Source: Coleofasciculus sp. B1-GNL1-01 | Lineage (GTDB): Bacteria > Cyanobacteriota > Cyanobacteriia > Cyanobacteriales > Coleofasciculaceae | Length of the DNA stretch: 24,790 nt | Strand: one strand, 5' to 3' | NCBI GenBank assembly: GCA_040220235.1 | Contig: JAVJTO010000114.1 | Part shown: piece after piece, positions 1 to 9,275 of the stretch | Position numbering within the stretch: position 1 is the first letter of the stretch | Layout of the letters: each line of letters opens with the position of its first letter | Program-made: the position numbers and the translations under genes | Notes under the pieces: generated by a model | The model's database searches: none | What the model saw: the letters and a program-made list of their open reading frames with translations, nothing else | What the model was told of the DNA's origin: nothing

Positions 1-229
1 TGGGCAAGACCAAAAGTTGTGAGCTAACAGAAACAGTGCGATCAGGTGACAATCCTTAGGCAGTTTTACTGTAACGCTTACAAGCGAGATTCTATGAGTG
101 AAAAATTATTGATTGATACTTGAGTAAAGGACTTTCAGACCGCTGCGCTCGATTTCCCGCTGCCCGCACTCGCCAATAAAAGTTAATAGTTTCCAGCATA
201 AGACAAATAACGGCGCGGCGGGCAGTCCG
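1..229. mobile_element. End of an unidentified element nested inside the IS630 transposase (IS end or group II intron 5' end)
   Basis: IS630 transposase similarity (...HGDKTQV) stops abruptly near 230-232. Sequence to the left is non-coding with a GC-rich inverted repeat (CTGCCCGC 160-167 / GCGGGCAG 218-225). A + strand frame ends WARPKVVS* at 1-27. Confidence 0.45.
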
Positions 230-482
230 CACCTGGGTTTTATCTCCATGAGACGAGAGCAAACGCCCGAAACTTCTCCCAGTCTGTAATTTTATGGTTG
301 TTGCCTGGGGGGCGGTTGGGCAATGCCTGAAAGTCTCCCGTTTCGGCTTTGCGCTTCAACCACAGGTTGATCGTGTTGCGGCTTATATTGAATAGTTCAC
401 TCGCTTCGTGTTTTTTGAGTCCATCCAACTCGATCGCTTGGATCACTTTCTGACGCAAGTCGTAACTGTAGGGTTTAGGCAT
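230..482 (-). pseudogene. IS630 transposase N-terminal HTH part, frameshifted and truncated
   Basis: MPKPYSYDLRQKVIQAIELDG...ISRNTINLWLKRKAETGD...HKITDWEKFRAF is the typical cyanobacterial IS630 HTH region. The expected continuation HGDKTQV is present in another frame (CAT GGA GAT AAA ACC CAG GTG), then similarity stops. Confidence 0.85.
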
Positions 483-554
483 GGCAGAGCAAAGGAGAGC
501 CGATTACGATAACACATACCAGTCTACGTCCTAACCGCCTTGGCGGTTGCTATA
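230..554 (-). mobile_element. IS630-family insertion sequence, transposase-proximal end (partial)
   Basis: Terminus reads TATAGCAACCGCCAAGGCGGTTAGGAC on the - strand, with a TA end typical of IS630 and an internal palindrome AACCGCC-TT-GGCGGTT at 533-548. The transposase start codon is about 70 bp inside. Confidence 0.8.
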
Positions 555-627
555 ATACTGTGTCCAGAGTATCCCAACTTTAGCGATCCCAGAGCGACCC
601 ACCACAATAATGTCATTATCGCGGAGT
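553..627 (-). repeat. Diverged direct duplicate of the wza 3' coding region (copy of 745-820)
   Basis: 589-627 is identical to 782-820 (39 bp). The alignment extends to 553-627 vs 745-820 with 10 substitutions and a 1-bp gap. Confidence 0.95.
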
Positions 628-643
628 GGGTTAGGGTAAACAT

Positions 644-661
644 TATGTCAAACCTGACATA
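644..661. other. Short perfect inverted repeat downstream of wza (possible terminator or stability hairpin)
   Basis: TATGTCA-AACC-TGACATA; no clear U-tract. Confidence 0.3.
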
Positions 662-687
662 CTTCCTGCATATATTGACTGAGGGTT

Positions 688-2142
688 TCAGAATCCAAAG
701 AAATCAAAAAGTCTGAATAATCCGAAGATTCGATCGACGGGCGATAACGCTGTTCCGATAGTATCTCCCACCTTGGCGATTCCAGAGCGACCCACCACAA
801 TAATGTCATTATCGCGGAGTACGGGATTGCTTGACTCATTGATCCCTTGGGCAAAATCAATTGGCACAGTACGTTTAGCAACAGTGCCATCAGGGTTGAG
901 CCGAATCAGCTCCACAGAACTTTTCCGGGCTCGACTTTGGTCAAATCCACCAGCTGCCAAGATCGCTTGATTTAAAGGGGTATTGGGGGGCACGTCCACA
1001 ATTCCCGGTTCGGTCACTTCTCCAACCACACTCACCTGAATGGTATCGGGGGCAAAGTTAGCCGTCGCTAATTCCGTTGCCTCTGCCGGACTGACATCGG
1101 TAGCCGTGGGTACTATAATTGTATCTCCTTCTTGGATAACGGCGTCTTGATTGAAATCGCCTGCCTGTAGAAGTTGCCACAAATTTACCGAAATAATTTG
1201 CTCAATACCCGTTTTAGTCACGCGACGGATCTGAATCTGGCGAATATCTGCCATAGGTTTAATACCCCCCGCTTCCTGGATTGCCAAGGTTACCGTAGGG
1301 AAACCAAGGGTTTGTTCAGACCGATTGGGATTTTCTCCAGAGATGGTATAGGTACCGGGACGGTTGACTTCACCAACCACTGCAACAGTACGAGGAGTAT
1401 CAGGCGCAGGCGCGAATGCAGTTGCTGCGATTTGTCGCGCTTCTTGGAGATTGACTTGAGTTGAGGTGGGGACAAAAATAGCATCTCCATCGCGTAACAC
1501 CAGATTTTGACGTAGATTGCCAGTCTGCACGAGTTGCCAAAGATTGACGGTGAACACTTGCTCAGCACCTCGGCTTTGGGGACGACGAATCTGAACCTGG
1601 CGAATATCAGCGGACAGCGTTACTCCCCCAGCTTCTGCCAATGCCTGGGTCAAGGTTGCCTGTCGCGGTCCGGTGGAAAATCCGCCGCCTCCTGTTTGCA
1701 CTAAGGCGTAGTAGCCAGGACGATTAACTTCCCCGGAAACAGAAACAGTGATGGGACGAGGCGCTAGGAGAATAACGGTAACGAGGGGACGTTTCAGGAA
1801 GCGAGCGTACTGATTGGATATAGTCTGAGTCGCTTGTTCTAAGGTAAGCCCTTCCACAAACACGCTACCCACGAGAGGTAGGGAAAGGGAACCCCCTGGT
1901 GGAATCTGGTATTCTCCGCTATACTGGGGAACTTCCAGAATATCCAGGCGAATGCGATCGCCACCGCCTAAGGTGTAAGCTGACTCAGAGGGTACTGAGT
2001 TGACTGGCGATTCTGGGAGTGCCTGATCTTCAAAATTTGGTAACTGAGCGATACTAGGAGACAAGGACGTCATGATAAGTGGTATTGAAAAGAGTAGACT
2101 TGTCAAAACTGACGGCGTTCGTTGTAGAGGTATACCAACCAT
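688..2142 (-). CDS. wza: Polysaccharide export outer-membrane protein, Wza/OPX family with SLBB repeats
   Basis: N-terminal signal-like segment; Poly_export motif YTLGGGDRIRLDILEVPQYSGEY...GGSLSLPLVGSV; three SLBB-type repeats (VSGEVNRPG, VVGEVNRPG, VVGEVTEPG); amphipathic C-terminus. Confidence 0.92.
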   Translation of the reverse strand: MVGIPLQRTPSVLTSLLFSIPLIMTSLSPSIAQLPNFEDQALPESPVNSVPSESAYTLGGGDRIRLDILEVPQYSGEYQIPPGGSLSLPLVGSVFVEGLTLEQATQTISNQYARFLKRPLVTVILLAPRPITVSVSGEVNRPGYYALVQTGGGGFSTGPRQATLTQALAEAGGVTLSADIRQVQIRRPQSRGAEQVFTVNLWQLVQTGNLRQNLVLRDGDAIFVPTSTQVNLQEARQIAATAFAPAPDTPRTVAVVGEVNRPGTYTISGENPNRSEQTLGFPTVTLAIQEAGGIKPMADIRQIQIRRVTKTGIEQIISVNLWQLLQAGDFNQDAVIQEGDTIIVPTATDVSPAEATELATANFAPDTIQVSVVGEVTEPGIVDVPPNTPLNQAILAAGGFDQSRARKSSVELIRLNPDGTVAKRTVPIDFAQGINESSNPVLRDNDIIVVGRSGIAKVGDTIGTALSPVDRIFGLFRLFDFFGF

Positions 2143-2248
2143 AGGTCATCTCGCTCCTGGGACTGTGACTATTATTAATTTTATCTTGCCAAGAGTTATA
2201 ATTGTTCAAGTCTTACGTTTTAACTAAAATATAAATGAAGGTTTGTCA

Positions 2249-3652
2249 ATGAAACAGTTGATTTTACATCCTTTGGTTTTCACTTTACTTTTTTTAGCAT
2301 CAATTGTTTATTTTATAGTTAGTTATCAACTCATTAGTCATAATCTTAAATGGGCTAAAACAATTGAAAAATTTTTCATTATTTCATCGATGCTGATTAT
2401 CAGTGGTATGTCGATAAACTTCACAGGCAGATTTCATCCTTCAGCATTTTATGTACCTGGACAACGACTCCCTTACATTCTGATGACATTGAGTTTCTAT
2501 GCCCCTTTTTTAGTGTTGCTTTTGCCTAGATTTCGCTATACTTTAAGCTCCTATATTGCTGTTTTAATTAGCCTTTTAAAAGCAAATCCATTTTTTTGTA
2601 TTTTTCTTTTGCTTAGATTAATCGCGTCTATTTTGTCAGCAACACCAGAGCATACATTTAAAGCTACTATTGTTTTACTTATTGTCACGGCTTGCTTTAT
2701 CTATGTAGGAAAACAATATAGTATGAAAGGGGTGTTTGATTTATTGCTTTGGCATCATATTATTGCCCTATCTCTAAGTTTGTTTTTTGGTAGAGAGGCT
2801 AATTGGAAAGGAATTTATATTCATAAAAATATTTTTGGTTTTACCATGGATTTAGCAGCCATTTTATTGTATTTGCAATCCATTCGTGTTCCCCGGTATA
2901 AGACTTTGTTTTTGACCTTGTCTGCTTTAGCCGTTTTTTGCTCTCTACAATCCAACAGTGGAATGGCTAAAGTTTTGTTAGTTATATTAATTTTCTTATT
3001 GGTTTTTCTTCGTTTTATCAGGCAGTTACCTCCCCGTTTAGCGTTTGCTTCTATGGGGATTTTTCTAGCAATAGGAATTAGCCTAGTTATTTTAATCAGT
3101 GAAAATGCAGAGTATCTGATCGTTGAAAAACTGGACAAAGATATGACATTAACAGGACGAACTTACATTTGGCGAGAAGTTATAAAAGCGGTAAATAAGC
3201 ATCCTTTATTTGGCTATGGATACGAAGGTTTTTGGCAATTTTGGCGAGGAATTGATAACCCAGCACTTATGCTCAGACTTCCTGAATTCGATGGGTTTAT
3301 GCCCGAGGAAAGCCACAATGGTTATTTAGAGATTGCTCTAGAGGTGGGGTGGATAGGATTGGCAATCTTTATTGTTTCCTTACTAATAAGTATTTATTAT
3401 GGAGTGCTGCATCTAACTCGGAGTCAAGACCCAGAATCAGTATTGCCCTTGCTAATTTTCACCTATATCATTATGACTAACGTGACCGAATCGGGTGTAA
3501 ATTATATTTCTATGCCTTGGATTCTGTATGTTTTTATGGCAACGCGATTGAGCCTGAATACCCTGGATAACACCAGTAGCAATTTTAACATTCAAAAACC
3601 TATTGTGCGTAAGTCAACATCACCATTCACTAGAACAAGTACCCGAGAGTAA
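2249..3652 (+). CDS. Wzy-like O-antigen polymerase/ligase family membrane protein
   Basis: Many hydrophobic segments; WKGIYIHKN, DMTLTGRTYIW, PLFGYGYEGFW and SHNGYLEIALEVGWIG (Wzy_C motifs). ATG at 2249 preferred over TTG at 2243. Confidence 0.88.
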   Translation: MKQLILHPLVFTLLFLASIVYFIVSYQLISHNLKWAKTIEKFFIISSMLIISGMSINFTGRFHPSAFYVPGQRLPYILMTLSFYAPFLVLLLPRFRYTLSSYIAVLISLLKANPFFCIFLLLRLIASILSATPEHTFKATIVLLIVTACFIYVGKQYSMKGVFDLLLWHHIIALSLSLFFGREANWKGIYIHKNIFGFTMDLAAILLYLQSIRVPRYKTLFLTLSALAVFCSLQSNSGMAKVLLVILIFLLVFLRFIRQLPPRLAFASMGIFLAIGISLVILISENAEYLIVEKLDKDMTLTGRTYIWREVIKAVNKHPLFGYGYEGFWQFWRGIDNPALMLRLPEFDGFMPEESHNGYLEIALEVGWIGLAIFIVSLLISIYYGVLHLTRSQDPESVLPLLIFTYIIMTNVTESGVNYISMPWILYVFMATRLSLNTLDNTSSNFNIQKPIVRKSTSPFTRTSTRE

Positions 3653-3713
3653 GGATAATAGCAAATCTATTCTTTTTTAGGTCTGATCATTTTTTAGCGG
3701 GTGTAAACCACTA

Positions 3714-5054
3714 ATGTTCAATAGGCTAGCAGCATTCATTCAAAAACTTAGTCCCGGCTTGCGTCAGGTTATTGCCAATACCTCTTGGTTGCTGGTGGAT
3801 AAGATATTCCAAATGGGACTGGGTTTGGTAGTAGGCATTTGGGTGGCGCGTTACCTACAACCCCAAAGCTATGGACTTCTCACCTATGCTTTTACCTTTG
3901 TCTCCCTGTTTCGTGCGATTGCCGAATTAGGGCTAGGTACCCTTGTCATTCGTGATATTTCTCGTGATCCTTCTTGTAAAGAGGAAACTCTTGGAACTGC
4001 TTTTGTCATTCGGTTAATGGGGGGTATCACAACTCTCCTATTAACGGTCGGAATCATTTCTCTGCTCAAACCAAATGATTACCTAACTCGCTGGTTAGTT
4101 GGTATTGTTGCCACTAGCACGATACTTCAAGCATTTAAAACCATTGACTATTGGTTCCAGTCGCAACTCAAAGCCAAATATATTGTTGTTGCTAACAACT
4201 TAGTGTCGGCTGTCTATGCCGTGTTAAGAATTGTATTGATTCGGCTACAAATGACTGTGGTTGCCTTTGCCTGGGCAAGTTTAGCTGAGTCTGCTTTAAG
4301 GGGGCTGGCAATGGTTATTGCTTATTATATCAACGGTAATCATCTAAAAAGATGGCGATGGAGTTTTCAACGAGCAAAAATTTTACTGCGGGAAAGTTGG
4401 CCCCTGGTTTTTTCGGGATTAGCTGTTTATATCTATTCCAAAATTGATCAAGTAATGCTAGGATCTTTATTGTCTGATACAACTCAATTGGGATATTATT
4501 CAGTGGCGGTAAAGCTATCGGAAATATTTGATTTTATGCCGATGATTATTTATCAGTCAGTATTTCCAAAATTTTCAACTTTGAAGCAAAAAAATCCAGA
4601 TGAATATATTGAAAAAATGCAAATTTACTTTGATGCTATGGCATGGTTATGGATATTAATAGCTATACCAGTTTCTTTATTATCGCCTTACTTAGTTGGG
4701 ATACTGTATGGTCAATCTTATGCGCCTTCAGCTTCTATTTTATCTCTGTATGTCTGGGCACAGTTTGGTAGCAATTTTGGGCTAGCCAGAAGCGTTTATC
4801 TTGCTGTAGAGAGTATCTTACAATACTCTCTTTATTTAAGTGGTGTAGGAGCATTAATAAATATTGTAATTAACTGGATATTAATTCCAAAATTTGGAGC
4901 AATTGGCGCTACTTTAGCTACACTTATTACTTATTTTATAGTAATTGTGATTATGAATTTTTATTTTAGCGAACTAAGATTAGTTGGCAAAATGATTTTC
5001 CGCTCTTTCAACTTTTATAAAGGTGCTTCAAGATTAATGGAGTTGATCCGATGA
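3714..5054 (+). CDS. wzx: Wzx flippase (polysaccharide biosynthesis protein)
   Basis: NTSWLLVDKI...WVARYL...YGLL, IYSKIDQVMLG, LGYYSVA and LIPKFGAIGATLAT motifs; multi-TM. Confidence 0.9.
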   Translation: MFNRLAAFIQKLSPGLRQVIANTSWLLVDKIFQMGLGLVVGIWVARYLQPQSYGLLTYAFTFVSLFRAIAELGLGTLVIRDISRDPSCKEETLGTAFVIRLMGGITTLLLTVGIISLLKPNDYLTRWLVGIVATSTILQAFKTIDYWFQSQLKAKYIVVANNLVSAVYAVLRIVLIRLQMTVVAFAWASLAESALRGLAMVIAYYINGNHLKRWRWSFQRAKILLRESWPLVFSGLAVYIYSKIDQVMLGSLLSDTTQLGYYSVAVKLSEIFDFMPMIIYQSVFPKFSTLKQKNPDEYIEKMQIYFDAMAWLWILIAIPVSLLSPYLVGILYGQSYAPSASILSLYVWAQFGSNFGLARSVYLAVESILQYSLYLSGVGALINIVINWILIPKFGAIGATLATLITYFIVIVIMNFYFSELRLVGKMIFRSFNFYKGASRLMELIR

Positions 5055-6247
5055 TTGAAATTAAACCTATTATTCAACACCCGTCAATTTGTCCCTATTG
5101 TCAAAGTCCTCTCAAACCTATTCAAGTATACTTTATGGGAATGCACGTTATGGTTAACTCTAAATGTGTTGAATGTCAGACGGAACTACTGGAAAGTCTC
5201 CGCGTTAGTCATGCTATTCACAAGCCTTATCAAATTGATTACATGAAAGGATCTTTGTTTGGGTATGAAACGAATCAAGTCGGTTTAGCAACACACCTAT
5301 TGAAATCTATTCAAAATCCTGAACTTGAAAGGCTGAACATTTCTAAAGACGTTTTTCGGGTTTGTCATGAAGTTATTATTTTAAACTGCATTGACTATCT
5401 GTACGGACATTGTTTACTCAAGTTGCTTAATGCTCAGAGGCATTTAGATCATCATTCGGATTCCGGCTTAATCATTATAATTCCCCAATTCCTGAGATGG
5501 ATGGTTCCCGAAGGCGTTGCTGAAGTGTGGACAGTGCCAATCCCTCTTAAAAAGGGACAATGTTACTATCCTAGCTTTGCTGAGTTTGTCAATGAAGAAT
5601 TGAAACGATTTGATAAGATTTATATTAGCAAGGCATATTCCCATCCTTGTCAGTTTGATATTACTCAGTTTACGGGAGTAGAAAAGCATCGCTTTGAACA
5701 AAAAGACATTAAGATAACATTTATTTGGCGTGAGGATCGTCCATGGTGTAGTATGTCTTTTTTCCGACTCATCAGAAAACTAAGAATACTTCACCTGGGA
5801 TTATTGATCCAAAATTGGCGGGTAAAACGCTTATTTAAGAAAATTAGGTTACAGGTTTCTGAAGCAAAATTTGTGGTTGCAGGACTAGGTACACAGACTC
5901 AATTCCCTAAATGGATAGAAGACGTAAGAATTGATAAATTTGACGAAAAAATAGAGAAGCAAATGTGTAAACTTTACTCAGAAAGTCGTTTAGTTATCGG
6001 TGTTCATGGCTCCAATATGCTGCTACCATCTGCTCATGCGGGTATGACACTAGATTTGATGCCACCGCGCTGGGGTAACTTTGCTCAAGATATCCTCTAT
6101 CAAGAAAATGATTCTAGGCTGGCTTCCTTTCGCTATCGATATCTGCCCATTGAAACCAGCATTAGAAAGTTAGCCGACATAGCTTCATCTATGATTATAG
6201 AATACTGGAATTTTGTCTTGAATATGACTGCTGATAAGCCTCAATAA
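5051..6247 (+). CDS. Hypothetical protein; N-terminal CxxC...CxxC and a GT61/DUF563-like C-terminal part
   Basis: ATGA overlap with the wzx stop; CPYC...CVEC, YLYGHCLL and SRLVIGVHGSNM motifs. Confidence 0.7.
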   Translation: MIEIKPIIQHPSICPYCQSPLKPIQVYFMGMHVMVNSKCVECQTELLESLRVSHAIHKPYQIDYMKGSLFGYETNQVGLATHLLKSIQNPELERLNISKDVFRVCHEVIILNCIDYLYGHCLLKLLNAQRHLDHHSDSGLIIIIPQFLRWMVPEGVAEVWTVPIPLKKGQCYYPSFAEFVNEELKRFDKIYISKAYSHPCQFDITQFTGVEKHRFEQKDIKITFIWREDRPWCSMSFFRLIRKLRILHLGLLIQNWRVKRLFKKIRLQVSEAKFVVAGLGTQTQFPKWIEDVRIDKFDEKIEKQMCKLYSESRLVIGVHGSNMLLPSAHAGMTLDLMPPRWGNFAQDILYQENDSRLASFRYRYLPIETSIRKLADIASSMIIEYWNFVLNMTADKPQ

Positions 6248-6425
6248 AATTCCCTCATTTTTGTCATGTTTAAAGCAATTTTTATAGTAGAATCAGTTTA
6301 ATTTTTTTTTTAATTTCCCCTTTAACATCAGAGGCTTTAGTCAAATTTATTTGAACCAACTAATGAATGATGATGATAATTTTTTTCGGCAGTAGATAAA
6401 GTGCAATCTATTTATCTTGATGAAT

Positions 6426-7253
6426 TCAAAGTTTTAAGTTGCGTAATTTCCTTAATTTGCTACGAATACCAAAAAAGGAACGTCCTGCTCTCATAAGAAC
6501 TTCGGAAACAGCCAGCAAAAACTCATGCTCACTAAGATGCTCTTTGAGTAGTTCATGATTTGCTATTAGTACCTTGCACTGATCTTGAAAATGCTTGAGT
6601 AAACCCATTTTAGATAGCCCAAATTCAGTCTGACGATAATTACTACCTACGATACCCGAATGCACCCATTGATTGGAAGATGCCGCTAGCCGTATTTTAA
6701 AATCCCAATCTTCATAAGTAGCAAAACTATCTCGTATACCCCCAACATCTAAATAGAGTTTTTTGGGGAGTAACATATCTCTAGGTATCTTTACTACATT
6801 ATTAACCATCCAACGTAACCTTTCTCTTCTCTGCAAACTCGCCAACTCTGACAGATCTAAAACACGACTATATATTATGTCTTGATGTGCAAGATAAACG
6901 TCCGAAAAAGCCACGATTTTGGAATTATTTTTCATTGCTAGGAACTCACGCTCTATTTTTTGTGAAGAGTACCAATCATCTCCATCCAGTGTTGTAATTA
7001 ATTCACTTTTAGCTGCTCTAATGGCTAAGTCTCTGTTGGCTGCCACTCCAATATTCTTTTCCCTATAGATAGGGCAAATTTGGGGGTACTTATGAGCAAA
7101 GGACGCAATTAAAGCTCTTGAGTTATCTGTTGAACAATCATCTGCAATAATAATTTCAGCTATTGGCAAAGTCTGATCAATTACGCTAGTAATAGCATCC
7201 TTCAAAAGTATTTCATTATTGTAACTGACAATAATACAGCTAATATTGGGCAT
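6426..7253 (-). CDS. Glycosyltransferase family 2
   Basis: ISCIIVSYN, EIIIADDCSTD, GVAANRD, LDGDD (DXD), EDWDF. Confidence 0.92.
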   Translation of the reverse strand: MPNISCIIVSYNNEILLKDAITSVIDQTLPIAEIIIADDCSTDNSRALIASFAHKYPQICPIYREKNIGVAANRDLAIRAAKSELITTLDGDDWYSSQKIEREFLAMKNNSKIVAFSDVYLAHQDIIYSRVLDLSELASLQRRERLRWMVNNVVKIPRDMLLPKKLYLDVGGIRDSFATYEDWDFKIRLAASSNQWVHSGIVGSNYRQTEFGLSKMGLLKHFQDQCKVLIANHELLKEHLSEHEFLLAVSEVLMRAGRSFFGIRSKLRKLRNLKL

Positions 7254-7470
7254 TTTAGAGGCTTCCTTAATCTAGTTGTTTTTTTTGATTTGGCAAATTT
7301 TGTGACTGGGCAAGTAAAAAAAATCACAAAGTCACCTATATTGAATCATTTTCGTATAACATAAAAAATTATACATCACTTGGTTATTTCCTTGTCACGG
7401 GTGAGAACCTCCAACCAAATTCCAACCCAAACTTACACTGGGTATCCACTCGTTCATCTCAATCTAGAAT

Positions 7471-8349
7471 ATGAACCGCGATCGCACTGCCATCCTGATC
7501 ACTTGCCATAACCGTAAACCCAAAACCTTAGCTTGTCTAGACGCCTTGTTTAACCAGGTACTCCCGGCTGAAGTCATCCTGGATGTATATTTAGTCGATG
7601 ATGGCAGCACCGACGGTACAACTGAGGCAGTGCGACAAACTTATCCTCAGGTTAAGATTCTCCCAGGGGATGGAAACCTCTATTGGAACAGAGGTATGCA
7701 CAAAGCCTTTGCTGAGGCACTCAAACACGACTACGACTACTACCTCTGGCTCAACGATGATACCGTACTTTACCCAGAGGCGATCGCTTCCTTACTCACT
7801 ACCTCTCACCATCTAGCCGCACAAGGGGAGGACAAGGCGATTGTCGTTGGTTCTATGGCACATCCCGAAACCGGGAAACTCACCTATGGTGGTTTAGCGC
7901 GAAATAGCTGGTGGCATCCCTTCAAATATAAGCTTGTAGAACCCGGTAAAGATCCTCAACCCGTTGACACCATGAATGGTAACTGTGTCTTAATCCCCCG
8001 TTCCGTTGTCCAAGCCGTTGGCAATCTAAATCCTGCCTTTACCCATAGCATTGGCGACATTGATTACGGCTTGCGGGCTCAACAACAAGGGTGTACTGTT
8101 TGGGTAGCCCCGGGATATACCGGAAAATGTCAAACTAACCCTCCCCAAGCCCATGCCTGGTTAGCCCCCGAATTAACCCTGAGACAGCGATGGCAAAAAG
8201 CCAATCAAATCAAAGGGTTTCCACCCGCCGAATCAAAGGTGTTTTGCCAGCGCCATGCTAATCGGTTGTGGTTTTTCTTTTGGATACTCCCTTATGTCAG
8301 ATTGGTTTCAATTTCAATCTTTGGTGCTGCCGAGGATAATAAAACATGA
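7471..8349 (+). CDS. Glycosyltransferase family 2
   Basis: ILITCHNR, LVDDGSTDGT, WLNDD, NGNCVLI, GDIDYGLR. Confidence 0.92.
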   Translation: MNRDRTAILITCHNRKPKTLACLDALFNQVLPAEVILDVYLVDDGSTDGTTEAVRQTYPQVKILPGDGNLYWNRGMHKAFAEALKHDYDYYLWLNDDTVLYPEAIASLLTTSHHLAAQGEDKAIVVGSMAHPETGKLTYGGLARNSWWHPFKYKLVEPGKDPQPVDTMNGNCVLIPRSVVQAVGNLNPAFTHSIGDIDYGLRAQQQGCTVWVAPGYTGKCQTNPPQAHAWLAPELTLRQRWQKANQIKGFPPAESKVFCQRHANRLWFFFWILPYVRLVSISIFGAAEDNKT

Positions 8350-8415
8350 CAACTCAGAGACGCTTGAGCAAAAACTAATATTTTACCACTACTTTTTCAA
8401 CCATGGAGTCCCAGA

Positions 8416-9183
8416 ATGAGAACGCGAGAGATTTTGAAAAAAATTGCTTACAACACCTTCAAACCCCTTGGCTTTGACATCCCGCGCCGCCGAGTGAGAA
8501 CGTCCCTAGCGGGAGTTCTTGATCACGTCAAATCTCTCGACTTCCAACCCAAAACCGTCATTGATGTCGGTGTCGCTTATGGCACATTTGAACTGTACGA
8601 AAAATTTCCCCAAGCTAACCATCTCCTCGTCGAACCCGTAGCCGAGTGTGAAGGATTCCTCCAAGATATCTGCCAGAAATACAAAGCCCAATACGTCATC
8701 GCCGCTGCTGGCAAAAGTCCTGGAAGCATTATCATCAACGTTCACCCAGGCATACAGGGATCATCGATCCTCAAAGAAATGGAAGGCAGTGATGCTGATG
8801 GAGTTCCCCGTGAAGTCCCCATGGTAACCCTTGATGATTTATGTTCCGAAAAGAATTTAAAAGGCTCCTATCTGATTAAACTAGACGTTCAGGGAGCAGA
8901 ACTAGACGTGCTAGAAGGGGCAAAAAATGTACTGCAAGAGACAGAACTGATTATCCTGGAAGTGTCTCTTTTTGAATTCATGGTTAATAGTCCCCAATTT
9001 TACGAAATTGTAACTTATATGAAAAGCCAGGAATTTGTGGTCTATGATATTTTTGGCAATTGCGTTCGTCCCCTTGATGGCGCACTGGCTCAAGTCGATA
9101 TGGCATTTGTTAAGGAAAATGGACGATTTAGGCAATCCCATTTCTATGCCACAAAAGAACAACGTAAAAAAATGAATATATGA
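8416..9183 (+). CDS. FkbM-family SAM-dependent methyltransferase
   Basis: VIDVGVAYG (motif I), VEP, TLDD and LIKLDVQGAELDVLEGA signature. Confidence 0.92.
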   Translation: MRTREILKKIAYNTFKPLGFDIPRRRVRTSLAGVLDHVKSLDFQPKTVIDVGVAYGTFELYEKFPQANHLLVEPVAECEGFLQDICQKYKAQYVIAAAGKSPGSIIINVHPGIQGSSILKEMEGSDADGVPREVPMVTLDDLCSEKNLKGSYLIKLDVQGAELDVLEGAKNVLQETELIILEVSLFEFMVNSPQFYEIVTYMKSQEFVVYDIFGNCVRPLDGALAQVDMAFVKENGRFRQSHFYATKEQRKKMNI

Positions 9184-9185
9184 AC

Positions 9186-9211
9186 TAGAGACGTAGCCGA
9201 CTACGTCTCTA
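9186..9211. repeat. REP-like palindrome (TAGAGACGTAG type), possible terminator or mRNA stabiliser
   Basis: TAGAGACGTAG-CCGA-CTACGTCTCTA, a perfect 11-bp stem 3 nt after the fkbM stop. Confidence 0.8.
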
Positions 9212-9275
9212 CACAAGATTTGTAGCTTTTTTTATTTAATGTGGTTTAGGTGACTGAATATTGGAGTAATTAAAA

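Noticed and set aside
553..820. DGR template/variable repeat pair
   Set aside because: Mismatches are not confined to adenines of one copy on either strand, are largely synonymous, include an indel, and no reverse transcriptase is in the window.
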